Positions 1-13,500 are shown, counted from the stretch's first letter. The stretch is 55,291 bases of DNA from Pseudomonadales bacterium (GCA_041590855.1 JBFHTA010000001.1:1-55291), one strand, 5' to 3'. Program-made: numbers and translations. The notes: a model not told the origin generated them from the letters alone.

Positions 1-964
1 AAGAAGCACTTGCCAAACTTGGCCAACCGATCACATCACCCGCTGCATAAATATTCTCTACCGAGGTACGGTAGTGCTCGTCTACTTCTAGCTGACCACG
101 AGAGTTTGGCTCTAAACCAATGTTTTCCAGGCCGAGATTATCTGTAATGCCTGAGCGACCATTACACCACAGGAAGGCGTCTGCTTTTAAGCGCTTGCCT
201 GATTGAAGATTCAGAATAACACCATTATCTTGAGCGTCTAATGACTCAAACTGCTCATTATGTCGTACCATCACGCCATTGCTGCGTAAGTGATAGCCCA
301 ACGCATCTGAAATCTCACTATCAAGGAATGACAGCAAGGTATCTGCCGGATTAATCAGGTCAACTTTCACACCCAAACCAACGAAGATTGAAGCGTATTC
401 AGAACCAATCACACCAGCACCATAGATAATTAAGGTTCTGGGCGTGTGTTGCAATTCAAGCACTGAGTCACTGTCATACACTCGCGGATGGTTGAAATTC
501 ACCCCAGGCGGATGCCAAGGACGAGAGCCCGTTGCAATCACAAAGTTCTTAGCATGAAGACGGTCAGCGGTATTGGAACCACCCGTTACAGTAATGGTGT
601 TTTGATCCACAAACTTGGCGTGACCAAAATGTATATCAATGCGATTTCGTGCATAGTGTTCTGTGCGCAGTTTTACCTGCTTTTGCATCACACGGTTAGC
701 GCCTTTCAATACATTCGGGAAAGAAAACCAGCGAGGCTCACCGATATCACGAAACATAGGGTTAGTATTGAAGGTGATGATCTGCTTTACTGCATGACGT
801 AATGCCTTTGAAGGTATCGTACCTTTATGAGTACAGTTTCCACCTACTTGAGGCTGCATTTCAATAACCGCCACACGCTTACCACACTTGGCCGCATTAA
901 TAGCCGCCCCTTCACCCGCAGGCCCAGAACCAATAACCACTACGTCGTAATATAAATCCGCCAT
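1..964 (-). CDS. sthA: Soluble pyridine nucleotide transhydrogenase, 5' part (gene continues beyond window start)
   Basis: Manual translation from ATG at 964: [57 protein letters not shown], with the FAD-binding GxGxxG and the SthA-type CTHxGTIPSK motif; lies next to the nqr cluster; missing from the ORF track because it has no stop in the window. Confidence 0.93.
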   Translation of the reverse strand, partial: MADLYYDVVVIGSGPAGEGAAINAAKCGKRVAVIEMQPQVGGNCTHKGTIPSKALRHAVKQIITFNTNPMFRDIGEPRWFSFPNVLKGANRVMQKQVKLRTEHYARNRIDIHFGHAKFVDQNTITVTGGSNTADRLHAKNFVIATGSRPWHPPGVNFNHPRVYDSDSVLELQHTPRTLIIYGAGVIGSEYASIFVGLGVKVDLINPADTLLSFLDSEISDALGYHLRSNGVMVRHNEQFESLDAQDNGVILNLQSGKRLKADAFLWCNGRSGITDNLGLENIGLEPNSRGQLEVDEHYRTSVENIYAAGDVIGWPSLASAS

Positions 965-1047
965 CAATATTTCCCTGTACTCACCGTCAGGCTGGGTATC
1001 AACCCCACCACCCGTATTTTTATGATTGCCTACTGTTGTTTAGCAAC

Positions 1048-1284
1048 TTATTTTGAAGCGTCGTAGAACTGCTCTTCTTTACCTTGAGCTGCATTACGCT
1101 GCCGTTCGTTTTCTTCTTCACACTTTGCTGGATTACCACCACAGATATCACATGCGGTATCCATGCCTAACGCAGCCATACCACCACATGAACCTTTTAT
1201 GGGCTCACGGCCCATGATGACGCCAATAGCCATACCAGCAACAATAATCAGCATCACCACAAAAGCAACTAACATTATTTCCAT
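1048..1284 (-). CDS. nqrM: Na+-NQR maturation factor NqrM (DUF539)
   Basis: N-terminal TM helix followed by PIKGSCGG...CDICGG...C; directly downstream of apbE/nqrF. Confidence 0.92.
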   Translation of the reverse strand: MEIMLVAFVVMLIIVAGMAIGVIMGREPIKGSCGGMAALGMDTACDICGGNPAKCEEENERQRNAAQGKEEQFYDASK

Positions 1285-1404
1285 TACATCACCAAACTGT
1301 CTTACTTATAAATTCTGTATATTTGAGAACACGAGCACAAGGAAGTTCAGCCCTGTTATTCTCAAATACAAATTGTACTGATTGGGAAGCACACCAACCA
1401 GACG

Positions 1405-2466
1405 TTATCCTTCAATTATATACTGGATAAAGGCTTCCGTTGATTTAACCTGAAAACCAGCACCTTCTTTCACCAGCATATAGATTGCAAATTCTTTTTC
1501 TTTGGCCAACGTCATTGCCTTCTCCGGGCCCATGACATTCATCGCTGTCGCCATAGCATCAGCATACGCCACTGAATTATGCAAAACACTGATCGAGGCC
1601 AAGTTATGCTCAATTGGCTTACCCGTTGTAGGGTCTATAGTGTGAGAGAACCGTTTGCCATCAATTTCATAATAATTTCTATAATCGCCTGAGGTTGCAA
1701 TCCCGGTATTTTCCAGCGCAAGCACTTTATGCACTGAACGGCCGAGTTCCGGTTCAGGATTTTCGATCGCAATTCGCCAAACCTCTTTGTTTGGCTTCAT
1801 ACCTTTGGCTTTTAACTCACCACCAATCTCCACCAAGTATGAGTCAATTCCAAGCTTGTCCAAATACTCCGCTACCAGATCTACCGCATAACCTTTAGCT
1901 ATGGCGGATAAGTCCACATAAATGTCTTTTTCCTTACAGGCAGTATTATTACCTTTCAAAAGCAAAAATTGGTATCCGACTTTAGTCGATTTAAGATCAG
2001 CAATTTGCTCATCCGAAGGCTTGGTTTGATCGGTGTAATCTGGTCCAAAGCCCCAAAGATTCACTAAAGGACCTATAGTGACATCGAAAGCTCCATCAGT
2101 AATAACACTGATCTCTTGAGCCATTTGAAGCACTTTGTAAGTATCCTCCGGGAATTGATAGCAAGCGCCAGCTGGTTTCTGGTTAAAGATAGACAGATTA
2201 GAATCAGCTTTGTAAGTAGACATCTGGTCATTAACCAGATTAATCGCCTGATCGATTCGAGCCTCTATGATTTTTTTCTCCACCTCATTGGTAGAGATGT
2301 AGACCACACTATAGGTTGTCCCCATTGCCTGGCCCTGATATGTGCTTTTTTCCGGCCCTAAGCTCCGAGGTGTATGACCTTTATCAAATATAGCCAACGA
2401 TAGAATGGCTACGACAACAAGAAAGCCAAGAAGAAAATGTTTTTGCGACAAGAAAACCCCACCCAA
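1405..2466 (-). CDS. apbE: FAD:protein FMN transferase ApbE (start uncertain, possibly TTG at 2451)
   Basis: AMGTTY, GAFDVTIGPL, DLSAIAKGYAVD, ATSGDYRNY and ADAMATA motifs; nqr context. Confidence 0.95.
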   Translation of the reverse strand: MGGVFLSQKHFLLGFLVVVAILSLAIFDKGHTPRSLGPEKSTYQGQAMGTTYSVVYISTNEVEKKIIEARIDQAINLVNDQMSTYKADSNLSIFNQKPAGACYQFPEDTYKVLQMAQEISVITDGAFDVTIGPLVNLWGFGPDYTDQTKPSDEQIADLKSTKVGYQFLLLKGNNTACKEKDIYVDLSAIAKGYAVDLVAEYLDKLGIDSYLVEIGGELKAKGMKPNKEVWRIAIENPEPELGRSVHKVLALENTGIATSGDYRNYYEIDGKRFSHTIDPTTGKPIEHNLASISVLHNSVAYADAMATAMNVMGPEKAMTLAKEKEFAIYMLVKEGAGFQVKSTEAFIQYIIEG

Positions 2467-2511
2467 AAAATTGTATGCAGAACATCAGAAAATTAAAAAT
2501 AAAGCACAAAT

Positions 2512-2534
2512 AAAAAAGGCCGCAAAAGCGGCCT
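2512..2534 (-). terminator. Intrinsic terminator after nqrF
   Basis: AGGCCGC-AAAA-GCGGCCT hairpin with A-run at 2512-2517 (U-tract on minus strand), just past the nqrF stop. Confidence 0.85.
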
Positions 2535-2541
2535 CTTTTAA

Positions 2542-3771
2542 TTAACCACCGAAGTCATCAAGTAGAATATTCTCAGGCTCTACACCCAGATTTTCTAACA
2601 TGTTGATAACGGCTGCGTTCATCATTGGAGGCCCACACATGTAGAACTCACAATCTTCTGGCGCAGGGTGATCTTTCAGGTACTCATCGTACAGTACGTT
2701 ATGAATGAACCCGGTTAAGCCTTCCCAGTTATCCTCTGGCTGAGGATCTGAAAGAGCCAGATGCCATTCAAAATTCTCGTTCTCTTCTGCAAGCATGTCG
2801 TACTCTTCGTTATAGAAGGACTCACGCATTGAACGAGCACCGTACCAGAAGCTGATCTTACGCTTGCTCTTAAGACGCTTAAGCTGATCGAAGATGTGCG
2901 AACGCATTGGCGCCATACCCGCACCACCACCGATGAATACCATTTCAGCGTCAGTATCTTTAGCAAAGAACTCACCGAACGGACCGTACACAGTGATCTT
3001 ATCGCCTGGCTTCAAGCTGAATACGTAAGATGACATGATACCTGGTGGGTGATCAGTTCCCGGAGGTGGCGTAGCAATACGAATATTGAATTTAACCACA
3101 CCGCGCTCTTCAGGATAGTTCGCCATAGAGTAAGCACGAATCACAGGCTCTTTAACGATTGACTCATACTTAAAGATGCCGAAGTGATCCCAGTCACCAC
3201 GATACTCATCAGGAATATCAAAATCGCTGTACTTAACATGGTGCGGTGGACATTCAAGCTGAACATAACCACCAGCACGGAAGTCAACGTTTTCACCCTC
3301 AGGCAAACGAAGCGTCAGCTCTTTAATGAAAGTAGCAACGTTCGGGTTAGACTCAACCGTACATTCCCACTTCTTAACACCAAAGACTTCATCTTCCACT
3401 TCAATTTTCATGTCTTGCTTAACAGCTACCTGACACGCCAAACGCCAGCCTTCTTGAGCTTCACGCTTAGTAAAGTAAGAGGCTTCGGTCGGAAGCATGT
3501 CGCCACCACCTTCGAAGACCTTACATTTACACTGTGCACAGGTACCGCCACCACCACATGCTGATGACAAGAACACATTGGAAGCTGCCAACGTTTGTAA
3601 CAGCTTACCACCTGCAGGTGTAACGATTGATTTATCGTCATCATCATTGATCGCAATAGTGACGTCACCCGAGTTCACAAGCTTGGCACGGGCAGACAGA
3701 ATGACTGCCACCAGTGCCATTACGATCACTGTGAACATCACTACACCGAGTATTACTTCAGTTCCTAACAT
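2542..3771 (-). CDS. nqrF: Na+-translocating NADH:quinone oxidoreductase subunit F
   Basis: 2Fe-2S motif [29 protein letters not shown]-terminal LDDFGG. Confidence 0.98.
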   Translation of the reverse strand: MLGTEVILGVVMFTVIVMALVAVILSARAKLVNSGDVTIAINDDDDKSIVTPAGGKLLQTLAASNVFLSSACGGGGTCAQCKCKVFEGGGDMLPTEASYFTKREAQEGWRLACQVAVKQDMKIEVEDEVFGVKKWECTVESNPNVATFIKELTLRLPEGENVDFRAGGYVQLECPPHHVKYSDFDIPDEYRGDWDHFGIFKYESIVKEPVIRAYSMANYPEERGVVKFNIRIATPPPGTDHPPGIMSSYVFSLKPGDKITVYGPFGEFFAKDTDAEMVFIGGGAGMAPMRSHIFDQLKRLKSKRKISFWYGARSMRESFYNEEYDMLAEENENFEWHLALSDPQPEDNWEGLTGFIHNVLYDEYLKDHPAPEDCEFYMCGPPMMNAAVINMLENLGVEPENILLDDFGG

Positions 3772-3797
3772 TTATATACCCTCGTTATAGTGACCGA

Positions 3798-4412
3798 CTA
3801 CAAAGAAATTCCGCCGAAAGACATGAAGCCAAGAGACATCAAGCCCACGCACATAAAGGTAATACCCAAACCGCGTAAACCTTCAGGAATATCACTGTAC
3901 TTCAACTTCTCACGAATGCCCGCAAGTGCTGTAATCGCAAGGGCCCAGCCAATACCGGCACCAACACCATACACAACACTTTCACCGAACTGATAATCAC
4001 GCTCAACCATGAACAATGAAGCACCCATAATGGCACAGTTCACTGTAATCAATGGCAGGAACACACCCAGAGAGTTGTATAGTGCAGGAATGTATTTATC
4101 CAGCACCATCTCCAGAATCTGTACCATCGCTGCGATTACACCGATGTAGCTCAACAGACCAAGGAAGCTTAGGTCCACTGTCGCGTAGTCAGGGCTAATC
4201 CAGGTCAACGCACCTTCTTTAAGAAGGTAGGTATAAATCAGGTTGTTTACCGGTACTGTAATCGCCAATACCACGATAACAGCAATACCCAGACCTAAAG
4301 AGGTTTGAATCTTCTTAGAGATTGCAATAAAGGTACACATCCCCAGGAAGAACGCCAATGCCATGTTTTCAACGAAAATAGCACGCACTAAAAGACTTAA
4401 ATAATGTTCCAT
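3798..4412 (-). CDS. nqrE: Na+-NQR subunit E
   Basis: [14 protein letters not shown] and [10 protein letters not shown] motifs; operon position. Confidence 0.98.
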   Translation of the reverse strand: MEHYLSLLVRAIFVENMALAFFLGMCTFIAISKKIQTSLGLGIAVIVVLAITVPVNNLIYTYLLKEGALTWISPDYATVDLSFLGLLSYIGVIAAMVQILEMVLDKYIPALYNSLGVFLPLITVNCAIMGASLFMVERDYQFGESVVYGVGAGIGWALAITALAGIREKLKYSDIPEGLRGLGITFMCVGLMSLGFMSFGGISL

Positions 4413-5071
4413 TAGTAAGCCTCCTTAGTTGTGTTTTTGGCGATCTTGAAGTCAGGCGCTTCGACCTGATCCTTCTGGAAGGTACGAATTGCCCAGATGA
4501 TGCCACCGATCAAGAAGAACGCACTTGGTGGAAGCAACAACAGACCATTCGGGTTATACCAGCCACCTTCAGTAACCAAAGGCAGAATTTCGATACCGAA
4601 CAATTTACCGGCACCGAACAGCTCACGGAAGAAGGCAACTACGATAAGAATCGCAGAATAGCCAAGACCGTTACCGATACCATCCATGAAACTCATGAAC
4701 GGGCCATTTTTCATCGCATAGGCTTCAGCACGACCCATTACAATGCAGTTAGTAATGATCAGACCAACAAATACCGAAAGCTGTTTACTGATTGAGTAAG
4801 CAAAGGCTTTCAATACTTGGTCTACAACGATTACCAAGGATGCAATGATCGTCATCTGAACGATAATCCGGATGCTGCTTGGGATGTGCATACGAATTAC
4901 AGAAACGAAAAGGTTAGAGAATGCAGTTACTGCAATTACTGCCATACTCATCACTAGAGCAACGTTCAGAGAAGTGGTTACAGCTAGGGCTGAACAGATA
5001 CCAAGAATCTGAAGTGCAATTGGGTTATTTTTTACGACTGGTTCAGTCAATACCTGCTTAATTTCAGACAT
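4412..5071 (-). CDS. nqrD: Na+-NQR subunit D
   Basis: [18 protein letters not shown] and [15 protein letters not shown] motifs; stop overlaps nqrE start. Confidence 0.98.
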   Translation of the reverse strand: MSEIKQVLTEPVVKNNPIALQILGICSALAVTTSLNVALVMSMAVIAVTAFSNLFVSVIRMHIPSSIRIIVQMTIIASLVIVVDQVLKAFAYSISKQLSVFVGLIITNCIVMGRAEAYAMKNGPFMSFMDGIGNGLGYSAILIVVAFFRELFGAGKLFGIEILPLVTEGGWYNPNGLLLLPPSAFFLIGGIIWAIRTFQKDQVEAPDFKIAKNTTKEAY

Positions 5072-5074
5072 TGA

Positions 5075-5866
5075 TTAAGCCTCCCCTGCTTGGTAGTTCT
5101 TCAGGAAAGGTGCAAAACCATTGTCACCCAACCAGAACTTAATCAGATTACTTACACCGTTACTGGTAAGCGTTGCACCGGAAAGACCGTCAACCTGATG
5201 CTGCTTTTCAGCGGCGATTTCAGGATTCACGATACCTTTCTTAACTTTGGCTACAACATTACCATTTTCATCATAGATGGTCTTACCAACCCACATTTTC
5301 TTCCAACGCGGATTGTCAATTTCACCACCTAGCCCCGGCGTTTCACCGTGAGTATAGAAGCCTAAACCAGCAACCGTATTCAGGTCTGATTCAAGCGCCA
5401 CAAAGCCATAAAGCGTCGACCACAAGCCATATCCGCTAACAGGAAGAATTAGACGGCCCTTGCTTTCACCACCAATCACTTTGTAAACGGTCGCTACATT
5501 AGCTTTACGCTTCAAAGAGGCAATGTCCTGATCCGCAGGAATCTTTTCAGAATACTTAGGATCTTTAGTGGCTTTTACTTGGTCATAACGAGGAAAAGGA
5601 GCATCTGTAAACTTACCAGTGCTTAGATCAACATACTTCTCTTCGATTTGACCAAACAACTCTTCAACTTTAGCTTTCGTCAAGCTCTCACCTGGCTTGG
5701 CCAAGCCGCCAATTGCCAGAATATTGCGCTGCATATCCAGTGCTTTATTTTCAACTTGAGCATCTTTAAGCCCTAAAGCAGCACCAGATACAATCACAGA
5801 ACACACAATACATAGAAGAAGTGCAACTGTGATAGTTTTTCCAATCGTATCGTTATTACTAGACAC
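5075..5866 (-). CDS. nqrC: Na+-NQR subunit C
   Basis: N-terminal TM helix, [18 protein letters not shown] attachment site [10 protein letters not shown]. Confidence 0.98.
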   Translation of the reverse strand: MSSNNDTIGKTITVALLLCIVCSVIVSGAALGLKDAQVENKALDMQRNILAIGGLAKPGESLTKAKVEELFGQIEEKYVDLSTGKFTDAPFPRYDQVKATKDPKYSEKIPADQDIASLKRKANVATVYKVIGGESKGRLILPVSGYGLWSTLYGFVALESDLNTVAGLGFYTHGETPGLGGEIDNPRWKKMWVGKTIYDENGNVVAKVKKGIVNPEIAAEKQHQVDGLSGATLTSNGVSNLIKFWLGDNGFAPFLKNYQAGEA

Positions 5867-7052
5867 GCGCTAACCTCCTCTTGATGTTTGCCTGAACCAC
5901 AAAGTGGTCAATAATCGGAGCGAACAAGTTAGCAAATAGGATCGCTAGCATCATACCTTCAGGGAATGCCGGGTTAACCACACGGATCAACACCACCATG
6001 AAGCCGATCAAAGCGCCAAAATACCACTTACCTTTGTTCGTCATTGATGCAGAAACCGGGTCCGTTGCCATAAACAACATACCAATCGCAAAACCACCAA
6101 TGGTTAGATGCCAGTACCAAGGCAACGCAAACATAGGGTTGGTGTCAGAACCAACGCTGTTCAACAACAGAGTAGTTGCAACCATACCGATCATAACACC
6201 GGCTACGATTCTCCAAGAGGCAATACCTGTCAGCAATAACACACCACCGCCGATCAGAAGCATCAGAGTTGATGTTTCACCGACAGAGCCCTGGATAGTA
6301 CCAAAGAAGGTATCTGCCCAAGTGATACCGCTAGCAAGGATGGCTTCTACACCACCTGTTGCAGCAAGACTCAACGGAGTCGCACCAGAGAAACCGTCTA
6401 CAGCTGTCCAGATCGCATCACCTGACATTTGTGCAGGATACGCAAAGAACAGGAAAGCACGACCGGTTAATGCCGGGTTCAGGAAGTTTTTACCCGTACC
6501 ACCGAACACTTCCTTACCAATCACAACACCGAAGCTGATGCCCAAAGCAACCTGCCATAGCGGGATTGAAGGAGGAAGAATCAATGCAAACAGGATAGAA
6601 GTTACAAAGAAACCTTCGTTAACTTCGTGTCCACGAGTCATCGCGAACAATACTTCCCAGAAACCACCTACTGCAAACGCAACGAAATAAATCGGCAGGA
6701 AGTAAGCCGCACCAAACATGAAGTTATCCAACATGCTGGCAGGATCATGGCCTGTAAAAAACATGGCATGCCAGTCAGTCGGCGCAGTACCTGTTCCTGC
6801 AGCAATGGCAGTATTCGCCTGAAAACCAATGTTCCACATACCGTAGAACATCGCTGGCCATAGCAAAAACCAAACGGTGATCATCATACGCTTAAGATCA
6901 ATACCATCACGTACGTGCGCCGTTGTTTTGGTTGTGCTACCTGGAGAATAGAAAATTGTGTCTACCGCTTCAAAAAGCGCATACCATTTTTCATATTTGC
7001 CCCCTTTATGGAATTGGGGCTCGATTTTGTCTAGGAAACCTCTAAGACTCAC
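5859..7052 (-). CDS. nqrB: Na+-NQR subunit B
   Basis: [31 protein letters not shown] site [17 protein letters not shown]. Confidence 0.98.
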   Translation of the reverse strand: MSLRGFLDKIEPQFHKGGKYEKWYALFEAVDTIFYSPGSTTKTTAHVRDGIDLKRMMITVWFLLWPAMFYGMWNIGFQANTAIAAGTGTAPTDWHAMFFTGHDPASMLDNFMFGAAYFLPIYFVAFAVGGFWEVLFAMTRGHEVNEGFFVTSILFALILPPSIPLWQVALGISFGVVIGKEVFGGTGKNFLNPALTGRAFLFFAYPAQMSGDAIWTAVDGFSGATPLSLAATGGVEAILASGITWADTFFGTIQGSVGETSTLMLLIGGGVLLLTGIASWRIVAGVMIGMVATTLLLNSVGSDTNPMFALPWYWHLTIGGFAIGMLFMATDPVSASMTNKGKWYFGALIGFMVVLIRVVNPAFPEGMMLAILFANLFAPIIDHFVVQANIKRRLARV

Positions 7053-7054
7053 GG

Positions 7055-8392
7055 TTAGCCCTCCTTCTCAATTCGGGTCAAGTTATCACGTAAGATTGGA
7101 CCGTACTCATATTTGCCCGGGCAAACAAAGGTACACAATGCCAAATCTTCTTCGTCAAGTTCCAACGCACCAAGCAATTGTGCGGTTTCGGTATCACCAA
7201 CAGCAATTGCACGCAGTAGTTGCGTTGGAAGAATGTCCAATGGCATTACTTTCTCGTAAAGACCCACCGGAACCATCGCACGCTCACTACCGTTAGTGTT
7301 GGTATTGAAGTTGAAAAGGCGACTTGGAGCCAACTTGGAAAGATAAATATTCAGCAAGGAGAATCGCTTGCTACCAGGCGATAACCAACCCATGAAGTCA
7401 CGGTTGGTACCTTCTTCCAAGACAGAGACTTGAGTATGGTAGCGACCCAGGTAGCTCACAGGACCACGGGTAGTACGACCACCAAACACAGAGCCGGAGA
7501 TCAAACGATTGTTCGTACCGTTCAATTCACCTTCGGCTAACTCATGAATATTAGCACCCACACGAGTACGAACCAAACCAGGGTTCTTAACCTGCGGACC
7601 AGCCAGTGCAACGACACGTTCAACATCCAATCGACCCGTCGAGAAAAGGTTGGCGATTGCAATCACTTCCTGATAGTTGATCGTCCAAACCGTTTTATTG
7701 GCATTTACAGGATCAAGGAAATGAATGTGTGTTCCTGGAAGACCTGCCGGATGCGGACCAGAAAAACCGGCCAACTGAACCTGCGCCGTAGAAGGAACCG
7801 GTGTACTGGCACCTTCAGCCTGACATACAAACACCTTACCATCTGTCAGTTTAGTCAGGATTTCAAGACCGCTTTTAAATGCATCAGCCTTTTCCTGAAT
7901 AATGACCTGCGGGTCAGCAGCCAACGGATTGGTATCTATTGCCTGAACAAAAATAGAAGCCGGAACAGACTGAACTTCAGGAACCTTACTGAAAGGACGC
8001 GTACGGAAAGCCGTCCACATACCGGAAGTTACTAAATTTTCCTGAACCTGTTCACGGGTTAGGCTTGCGATATCACTGTATTTCGAGAATTCTACAGACT
8101 CATCACCGTCTACTTCGATCACAACGGACTGCAGAACTCGCTTCTCCCCACGGTTAACTTCAACCACTTTGCCGGAAGCCGGTGCTGTATACAGCACTCC
8201 TGGAGTCTTCTTGTCAGAGAAAATCACCTGACCACACTTAACCTGATCACCTACTTGAACTTCCATAGTAGGTTTCATACCGTTGTAGTCAAAACCTACA
8301 ACGCCGACAGTGCGAACTGAATTTCCTTGACGAATAGACTGCTCTGGACTTCCAGAGATGGGAAGATCAAGGCCACGTTTTAGCTTAATCAT
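7055..8392 (-). CDS. nqrA: Na+-NQR subunit A
   Basis: [15 protein letters not shown]-terminus, [29 protein letters not shown]-terminus. Confidence 0.98.
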   Translation of the reverse strand: MIKLKRGLDLPISGSPEQSIRQGNSVRTVGVVGFDYNGMKPTMEVQVGDQVKCGQVIFSDKKTPGVLYTAPASGKVVEVNRGEKRVLQSVVIEVDGDESVEFSKYSDIASLTREQVQENLVTSGMWTAFRTRPFSKVPEVQSVPASIFVQAIDTNPLAADPQVIIQEKADAFKSGLEILTKLTDGKVFVCQAEGASTPVPSTAQVQLAGFSGPHPAGLPGTHIHFLDPVNANKTVWTINYQEVIAIANLFSTGRLDVERVVALAGPQVKNPGLVRTRVGANIHELAEGELNGTNNRLISGSVFGGRTTRGPVSYLGRYHTQVSVLEEGTNRDFMGWLSPGSKRFSLLNIYLSKLAPSRLFNFNTNTNGSERAMVPVGLYEKVMPLDILPTQLLRAIAVGDTETAQLLGALELDEEDLALCTFVCPGKYEYGPILRDNLTRIEKEG

Positions 8393-8588
8393 TCGATTGC
8401 CAAGTCTCTCATCAAAGCTCGCCTAGTACTCATTCTTACGTGAGTATTTAGCATGCTAGTAAACTTTTCGGGGTTTCCCCCACCCAAAAATCTGCGAAAT
8501 TATATCTAAAGGAAACTAGCATTACACTACCTCCTTTGACTATTTTTGTTATAAATCAACAGCAAAGATCAGTTTTTAGCCACCCAAT

Positions 8589-8625
8589 AAAAAAGGCCAG
8601 AAGCTCAAATGAGCTTCTGGCCTTT
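8589..8625 (-). terminator. Intrinsic terminator after GAPDH gene
   Basis: Long perfect hairpin AAAGGCCAGAAGCTCA-AA-TGAGCTTCTGGCCTTT with A-run at 8589-8594. Confidence 0.85.
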
Positions 8626-8679
8626 AAGACTAGCAGAATATAAGGCTTAGACGAATTTAAGCCTCCTATTCAAAACTGA

Positions 8680-10128
8680 TTACTTTTTATCCAAAGGATA
8701 TTCAGGGAATTTGCATCCAGCAACCTGCTCAAGAATGCGAACTACCTGGCAGCTATAACCAAACTCGTTATCGTACCATACGTACAATACCGCTTTGTCG
8801 CCGTTTACGATGGTAGCCTTACCATCAACGATACCCGCCTTGCGAGAACCCACAAAGTCAGAAGAAACCACTTCCGGCGAATCTACATAGTCGATCTGCT
8901 GCTGAAGCTCAGAGTACAACGCAGTACGACGAAGATACGCATTGATTTCTTCAGTAGTCGTTTCTTTCTTAAGCGTCAGGTTCAAAATCGCCATAGATAC
9001 ATTTGGCGTAGGAACACGAATCGCGTTACCAGTCAGCTTACCAGCCATTTCAGGAAGCGCTTTAGATACCGCCTTCGCCGCACCCGTTTCAGTAATAACC
9101 ATGTTTAAAGGTGCAGAACGACCACGACGGTCAGCACTATGATAGTTATCAATCAAGTTCTGGTCATTCGTATAAGAGTGAACAGTTTCAACGTGACCAT
9201 GCTCAATACCAAACTCGTCGTTTACTGCTTTAAGAACCGGAGTGATCGCGTTAGTAGTACAAGAAGCTGCAGAAATCAGCTTATCAGACTCTTCGATTGA
9301 ATCGCTGTTGATACCATAAACAATGTTCTTCATGTCGCCTTTACCAGGCGCAGTCAGAATCGCCTTAGAAGCACCTTTCGCTTCCAAGTGCAAAGACAAA
9401 CCTTCAACATCACGCCACTTACCAGTGTTATCAACAATGATCGCGTCTTTGATGCCATAAGACTCGTAATCTACCGTCTCTGGAGAACTCGCGTAGATCA
9501 CTTTAATGAAGTTACCGTTGGCGATAATGCCGCAGTTCTCTTCATCAACAGTGATAGTACCCTGGAAAGAACCATGAACTGAGTCACGACGCAACAAGCT
9601 TGCACGCTTCTCAAGGTCATTACCCTTACCTTGGCGAACAACGATAGCACGCAAACGAGTATTTTCACCGCTACCTGCTTTTTCAATAAGAATACGAGCC
9701 AACAAACGACCGATACGACCGAAACCATAAAGAACAACATCACGACCTTCTTGTTTAATATTAGAAGTATCGCCTAACTCAGACAGCTCAGCTTTTACAT
9801 ACTCAACTGCATCAGTGCCTTCAGGTTGTTTGCTCAAACGGTAGCCAAGCTTACCAATATCGATACGTGCGTTACGAATACCAAGTTCAAGAATTGCTTG
9901 AACTACTTTTAAACTGTCCGCAACTGACAACTCAGAATTTTCAATACGACGAGCTGCACGATGTGCTTTCAAGATATGAATAACAGAACGATTTACTAGA
10001 GAGCGACCGTAAACCGTAGCAATAACGTTACGATCACGGCTCAATTTACCCACTAGCGGGATCATTGTTTCTGCTATTTCTTCACGATTTTTCCAATCAG
10101 AAAAATGAGTTTCTGCGATATCAGTCAC
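8680..10128 (-). CDS. gap: Glyceraldehyde-3-phosphate dehydrogenase, long form with ~130-aa N-terminal extension
   Basis: GFGRIGR, catalytic ASCTTN, RVPTPNVS, WYDNEFGY. Confidence 0.95.
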   Translation of the reverse strand: MTDIAETHFSDWKNREEIAETMIPLVGKLSRDRNVIATVYGRSLVNRSVIHILKAHRAARRIENSELSVADSLKVVQAILELGIRNARIDIGKLGYRLSKQPEGTDAVEYVKAELSELGDTSNIKQEGRDVVLYGFGRIGRLLARILIEKAGSGENTRLRAIVVRQGKGNDLEKRASLLRRDSVHGSFQGTITVDEENCGIIANGNFIKVIYASSPETVDYESYGIKDAIIVDNTGKWRDVEGLSLHLEAKGASKAILTAPGKGDMKNIVYGINSDSIEESDKLISAASCTTNAITPVLKAVNDEFGIEHGHVETVHSYTNDQNLIDNYHSADRRGRSAPLNMVITETGAAKAVSKALPEMAGKLTGNAIRVPTPNVSMAILNLTLKKETTTEEINAYLRRTALYSELQQQIDYVDSPEVVSSDFVGSRKAGIVDGKATIVNGDKAVLYVWYDNEFGYSCQVVRILEQVAGCKFPEYPLDKK

Positions 10129-10526
10129 GACGGCACCTTTTAAACAAGCGACTTAAGCCCAGTATCAAAGCGTTTGAAACCAAGCACTTAGGTAAATGAA
10201 ACCAGCTCATCAGATAAAAATTTCAACGCCATTCAAAACATCGAATACGGCTAATTTCTGATCAACCAGTAAAAAATCGCGCCTATTATCTTTTGTTAGG
10301 TCTTAAAACGCAACTTTGTTGGCTCAAATTGCCCTACTTCCCGCTATTAGGTGCACCCCCAACACTGGCACCCAAGATTCATTTAGGTAGAATAAACGCT
10401 CCTGGGGTATAACCATCAAATCAATGCAACAACCCCATCAAAACCAAGACAACATTATTAAGATCCACGAAAGGAACTCTCAGAGCGCACATACCTTGCT
10501 CTGATCTACACAAGGCTTAAAACCGA

Positions 10527-13500
10527 ATGCTGTTCGACTCCTCACTTTTGATTTCCAAACCACAACCTTCAGACCACAAACGTTTTGGCAATGTAATAGG
10601 TTCATCAGCAGCCCTGTTGATCACGCAAACACTGAAGCAAGTAAACGGTTTTGGCTTGGTTATTACGGACAACAACAGCCAGGCAGATCTACTCACCCAG
10701 GAGTTGGAGTTTTTTTCTCAAGGCAGCATTCCAGTACTCAGCTTTCCTGATTGGGAAACTCTGCCGTACGACACCTTTTCACCGCATCAGGACATTATTT
10801 CCGAACGCCTTAAAACGTTAAACACACTAGGCCAAACCTCTCAAGGCGTGTTAATCATTTCTGCGCAAACCCTGATGCAGAAGGTTCCGCCTGCCTCGTT
10901 CATTGGTAAGTACGTTTTCTCCATCGCCAACGGCAAGGCTTTAAAACTGGAGAAACTAAGAGACAAGCTCACTCATGCTGGCTATCAACACGTCGATACG
11001 GTTTATGAACATGGCGAATTCTCCATTCGTGGCTCCATCATCGACCTGTTTCCGATGGGGCACGACCTACCATACCGGATTGAGCTATTCGATGACGAAG
11101 TGGAAAGCCTCAGAAGTTTTGATCCGGACACCCAGCGCTCGATAGACAAATTTGATCAAATCAACTTACTGCCAGCCCGTGAATTTCCGTGCAATGAAGA
11201 AAGCTTCACATCTTTCCGAAAACATTTCAGGGAAACCTTTGAGCAGTCTCACAAGGCACCACTACTAAAAGATCTACAAAACAACCTTATCCCTTCAGGC
11301 ATTGAGTATTACCAACCCTTATTCTTCAAAGACTCACCTGAAGAAGTAATGAGCTCACTGATCGACTACCTGCCAGAACAAACCTGTATTTTTGGATTCA
11401 GCGAGTTAAACGCGCAGCTTGATAAGTTCTGGCACGACATTGAACAACGCTATGAGAGCCTCCGCTACGACATCGAACGACCTATTTTGGCTCCTCAGGA
11501 ACTTTACTCCCGACCGGAAGAGCTCCATGCACAATTAAAGCACTTTCAGCGACTCACTCTTACTGAAGATGCCATCGAAGAACAGGCTGGACGCACCAAT
11601 CTACCGACCTCCAAAGCCCCTGACCTAACCGTAGACCATCGCCTGGCCGAACCTTACAGCCGCATCATTCAGTTTTCCAAAGAGTATCAAGGCACATTGG
11701 TGTTAATTCCTGATTCACCTGGGCGTCGTGAAACACTGGCTGAATCACTCAAATCCGCAGGCATTCAAACCCAAAATATTGCGCAATGGAAAGACCTCTC
11801 GCTGAACGAAACCAAAACCGTTCAACTTGTGGTTGCCCCCCTATCAAAAGGCGTTGTGTTTGAAGAACAGAACCTGGCCCTAATCACAGAGCAAGAGCTG
11901 TTTGGTTTTACAGTCAGTCAGCGACGTCGGGTTACCAAAACAGAAGACCATGGCGACCAGGTTATTAAAAACCTGACCGAACTTAAAATGGATGCCCCAG
12001 TCGTTCACCTGGATCACGGGGTCGGTCGATATCGCGGCTTAGAAACCATTGAGCTTGACGGACAAGCCAATGAATTTCTGATTCTTGAATACGCCGACAA
12101 CGCCAAACTGTATGTGCCTGTCAACAACCTGCACATGATCGCCAGATACACTGGCGCAGATGACGAACACGCCCCTATCAACAAACTGGGATCAGAGCGC
12201 TGGAGCCAGGCGAAACGTAAAGCAGCTGAAAAAGCACGGGACACAGCAGCACAACTACTGGATATTTACGCTCGTCGAGCAGCCAAAAAAGGACATCAGT
12301 TTGACCTGCCCGATGACAGCTACCGCCAATTTTCGGCTGGCTTCCCGTTTGAAGAAACCCCAGACCAGGCCCAAGCCATTAACGCCGTCATCCAAGACAT
12401 GCACAAGCCTACCCCGATGGATCGACTTGTCTGTGGAGACGTAGGTTTTGGTAAAACAGAAGTGGCCATGCGTGCAGCCTTTATTGCCGTACAATCAGGC
12501 AAGCAAGTGGCGGTTTTAGTGCCCACTACCCTGCTGGCTCAACAGCATTATGAAAGCTTCCGGGATCGTTTTGCCGACTGGCCTGTTAAAGTGGAAGTAC
12601 TTTCGCGCTTCAAAACCACCAAAGAGCAAAACGCAGCCTTAGCACAACTCGAAGAAGGCAAAGTCGACATCCTGGTCGGCACGCACAAAATCATTCAGGG
12701 CGATGTAAAATTCAAAGACTTGGGACTATTGATCATTGATGAAGAGCACCGATTCGGCGTTCAACAAAAAGAGAAGTTAAAGTCACTTAGGGCTGACGTA
12801 GACATACTGACTCTTACGGCCACCCCTATCCCACGGACATTAAATATGTCAATGTCCGGGATTCGCGATTTATCCATCATTGCAACACCTCCCGCGAAGC
12901 GCCTCTCGGTCAAAACATTTATACGACAAAAGGATGACGTAACCCTGCGCGAAGCCTTGCTACGGGAACTGTTACGTGGCGGCCAAGCGTATGTACTCCA
13001 CAACGAAGTCAAAACCATTGAAAAAGTCACCCAAAATATTCGGGAATTAATGCCGGAAGCCCGCGTAGAGTTTGCACACGGTCAAATGCGTGAATCCGAG
13101 TTGGAACGCATCATGTCCGACTTCTATCACAGACGCTTTAACATTCTGGTGTGCACGACCATCATCGAAACCGGGATCGACGTTCCCAATGCCAACACCA
13201 TCATCATTGAGCGAGCGGATAAATTTGGCTTGGCCCAGTTGCATCAATTACGTGGCCGTGTAGGACGCTCTCATCACCAAGCCTATGCCTACCTGATGAC
13301 ACCACCGCCACGCAGCATCACCAAAGATGCCGTCAAACGCCTGGAAGCCATCAGTGCCGCAGACACTCTTGGTGCCGGATTCACTCTGGCGACCCACGAT
13401 CTGGAGATTCGTGGAGCAGGTGAATTACTTGGCGACGATCAAAGTGGCCAAATTGAAGGCGTGGGCTTCACCCTTTACATGGAACTACTGGAAGACGCCG

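Noticed and set aside
488-802. 104-aa plus-strand ORF
   Set aside because: Antisense shadow of sthA
5998-6690. 230-aa plus-strand ORF
   Set aside because: Entirely antisense to nqrB; composition mirrors the hydrophobic codons of the real gene
8680-10128. Long N-terminal extension on GAPDH as a novelty
   Set aside because: The ~480-aa form between nqr and mfd is a known arrangement in Pseudomonas-like genomes
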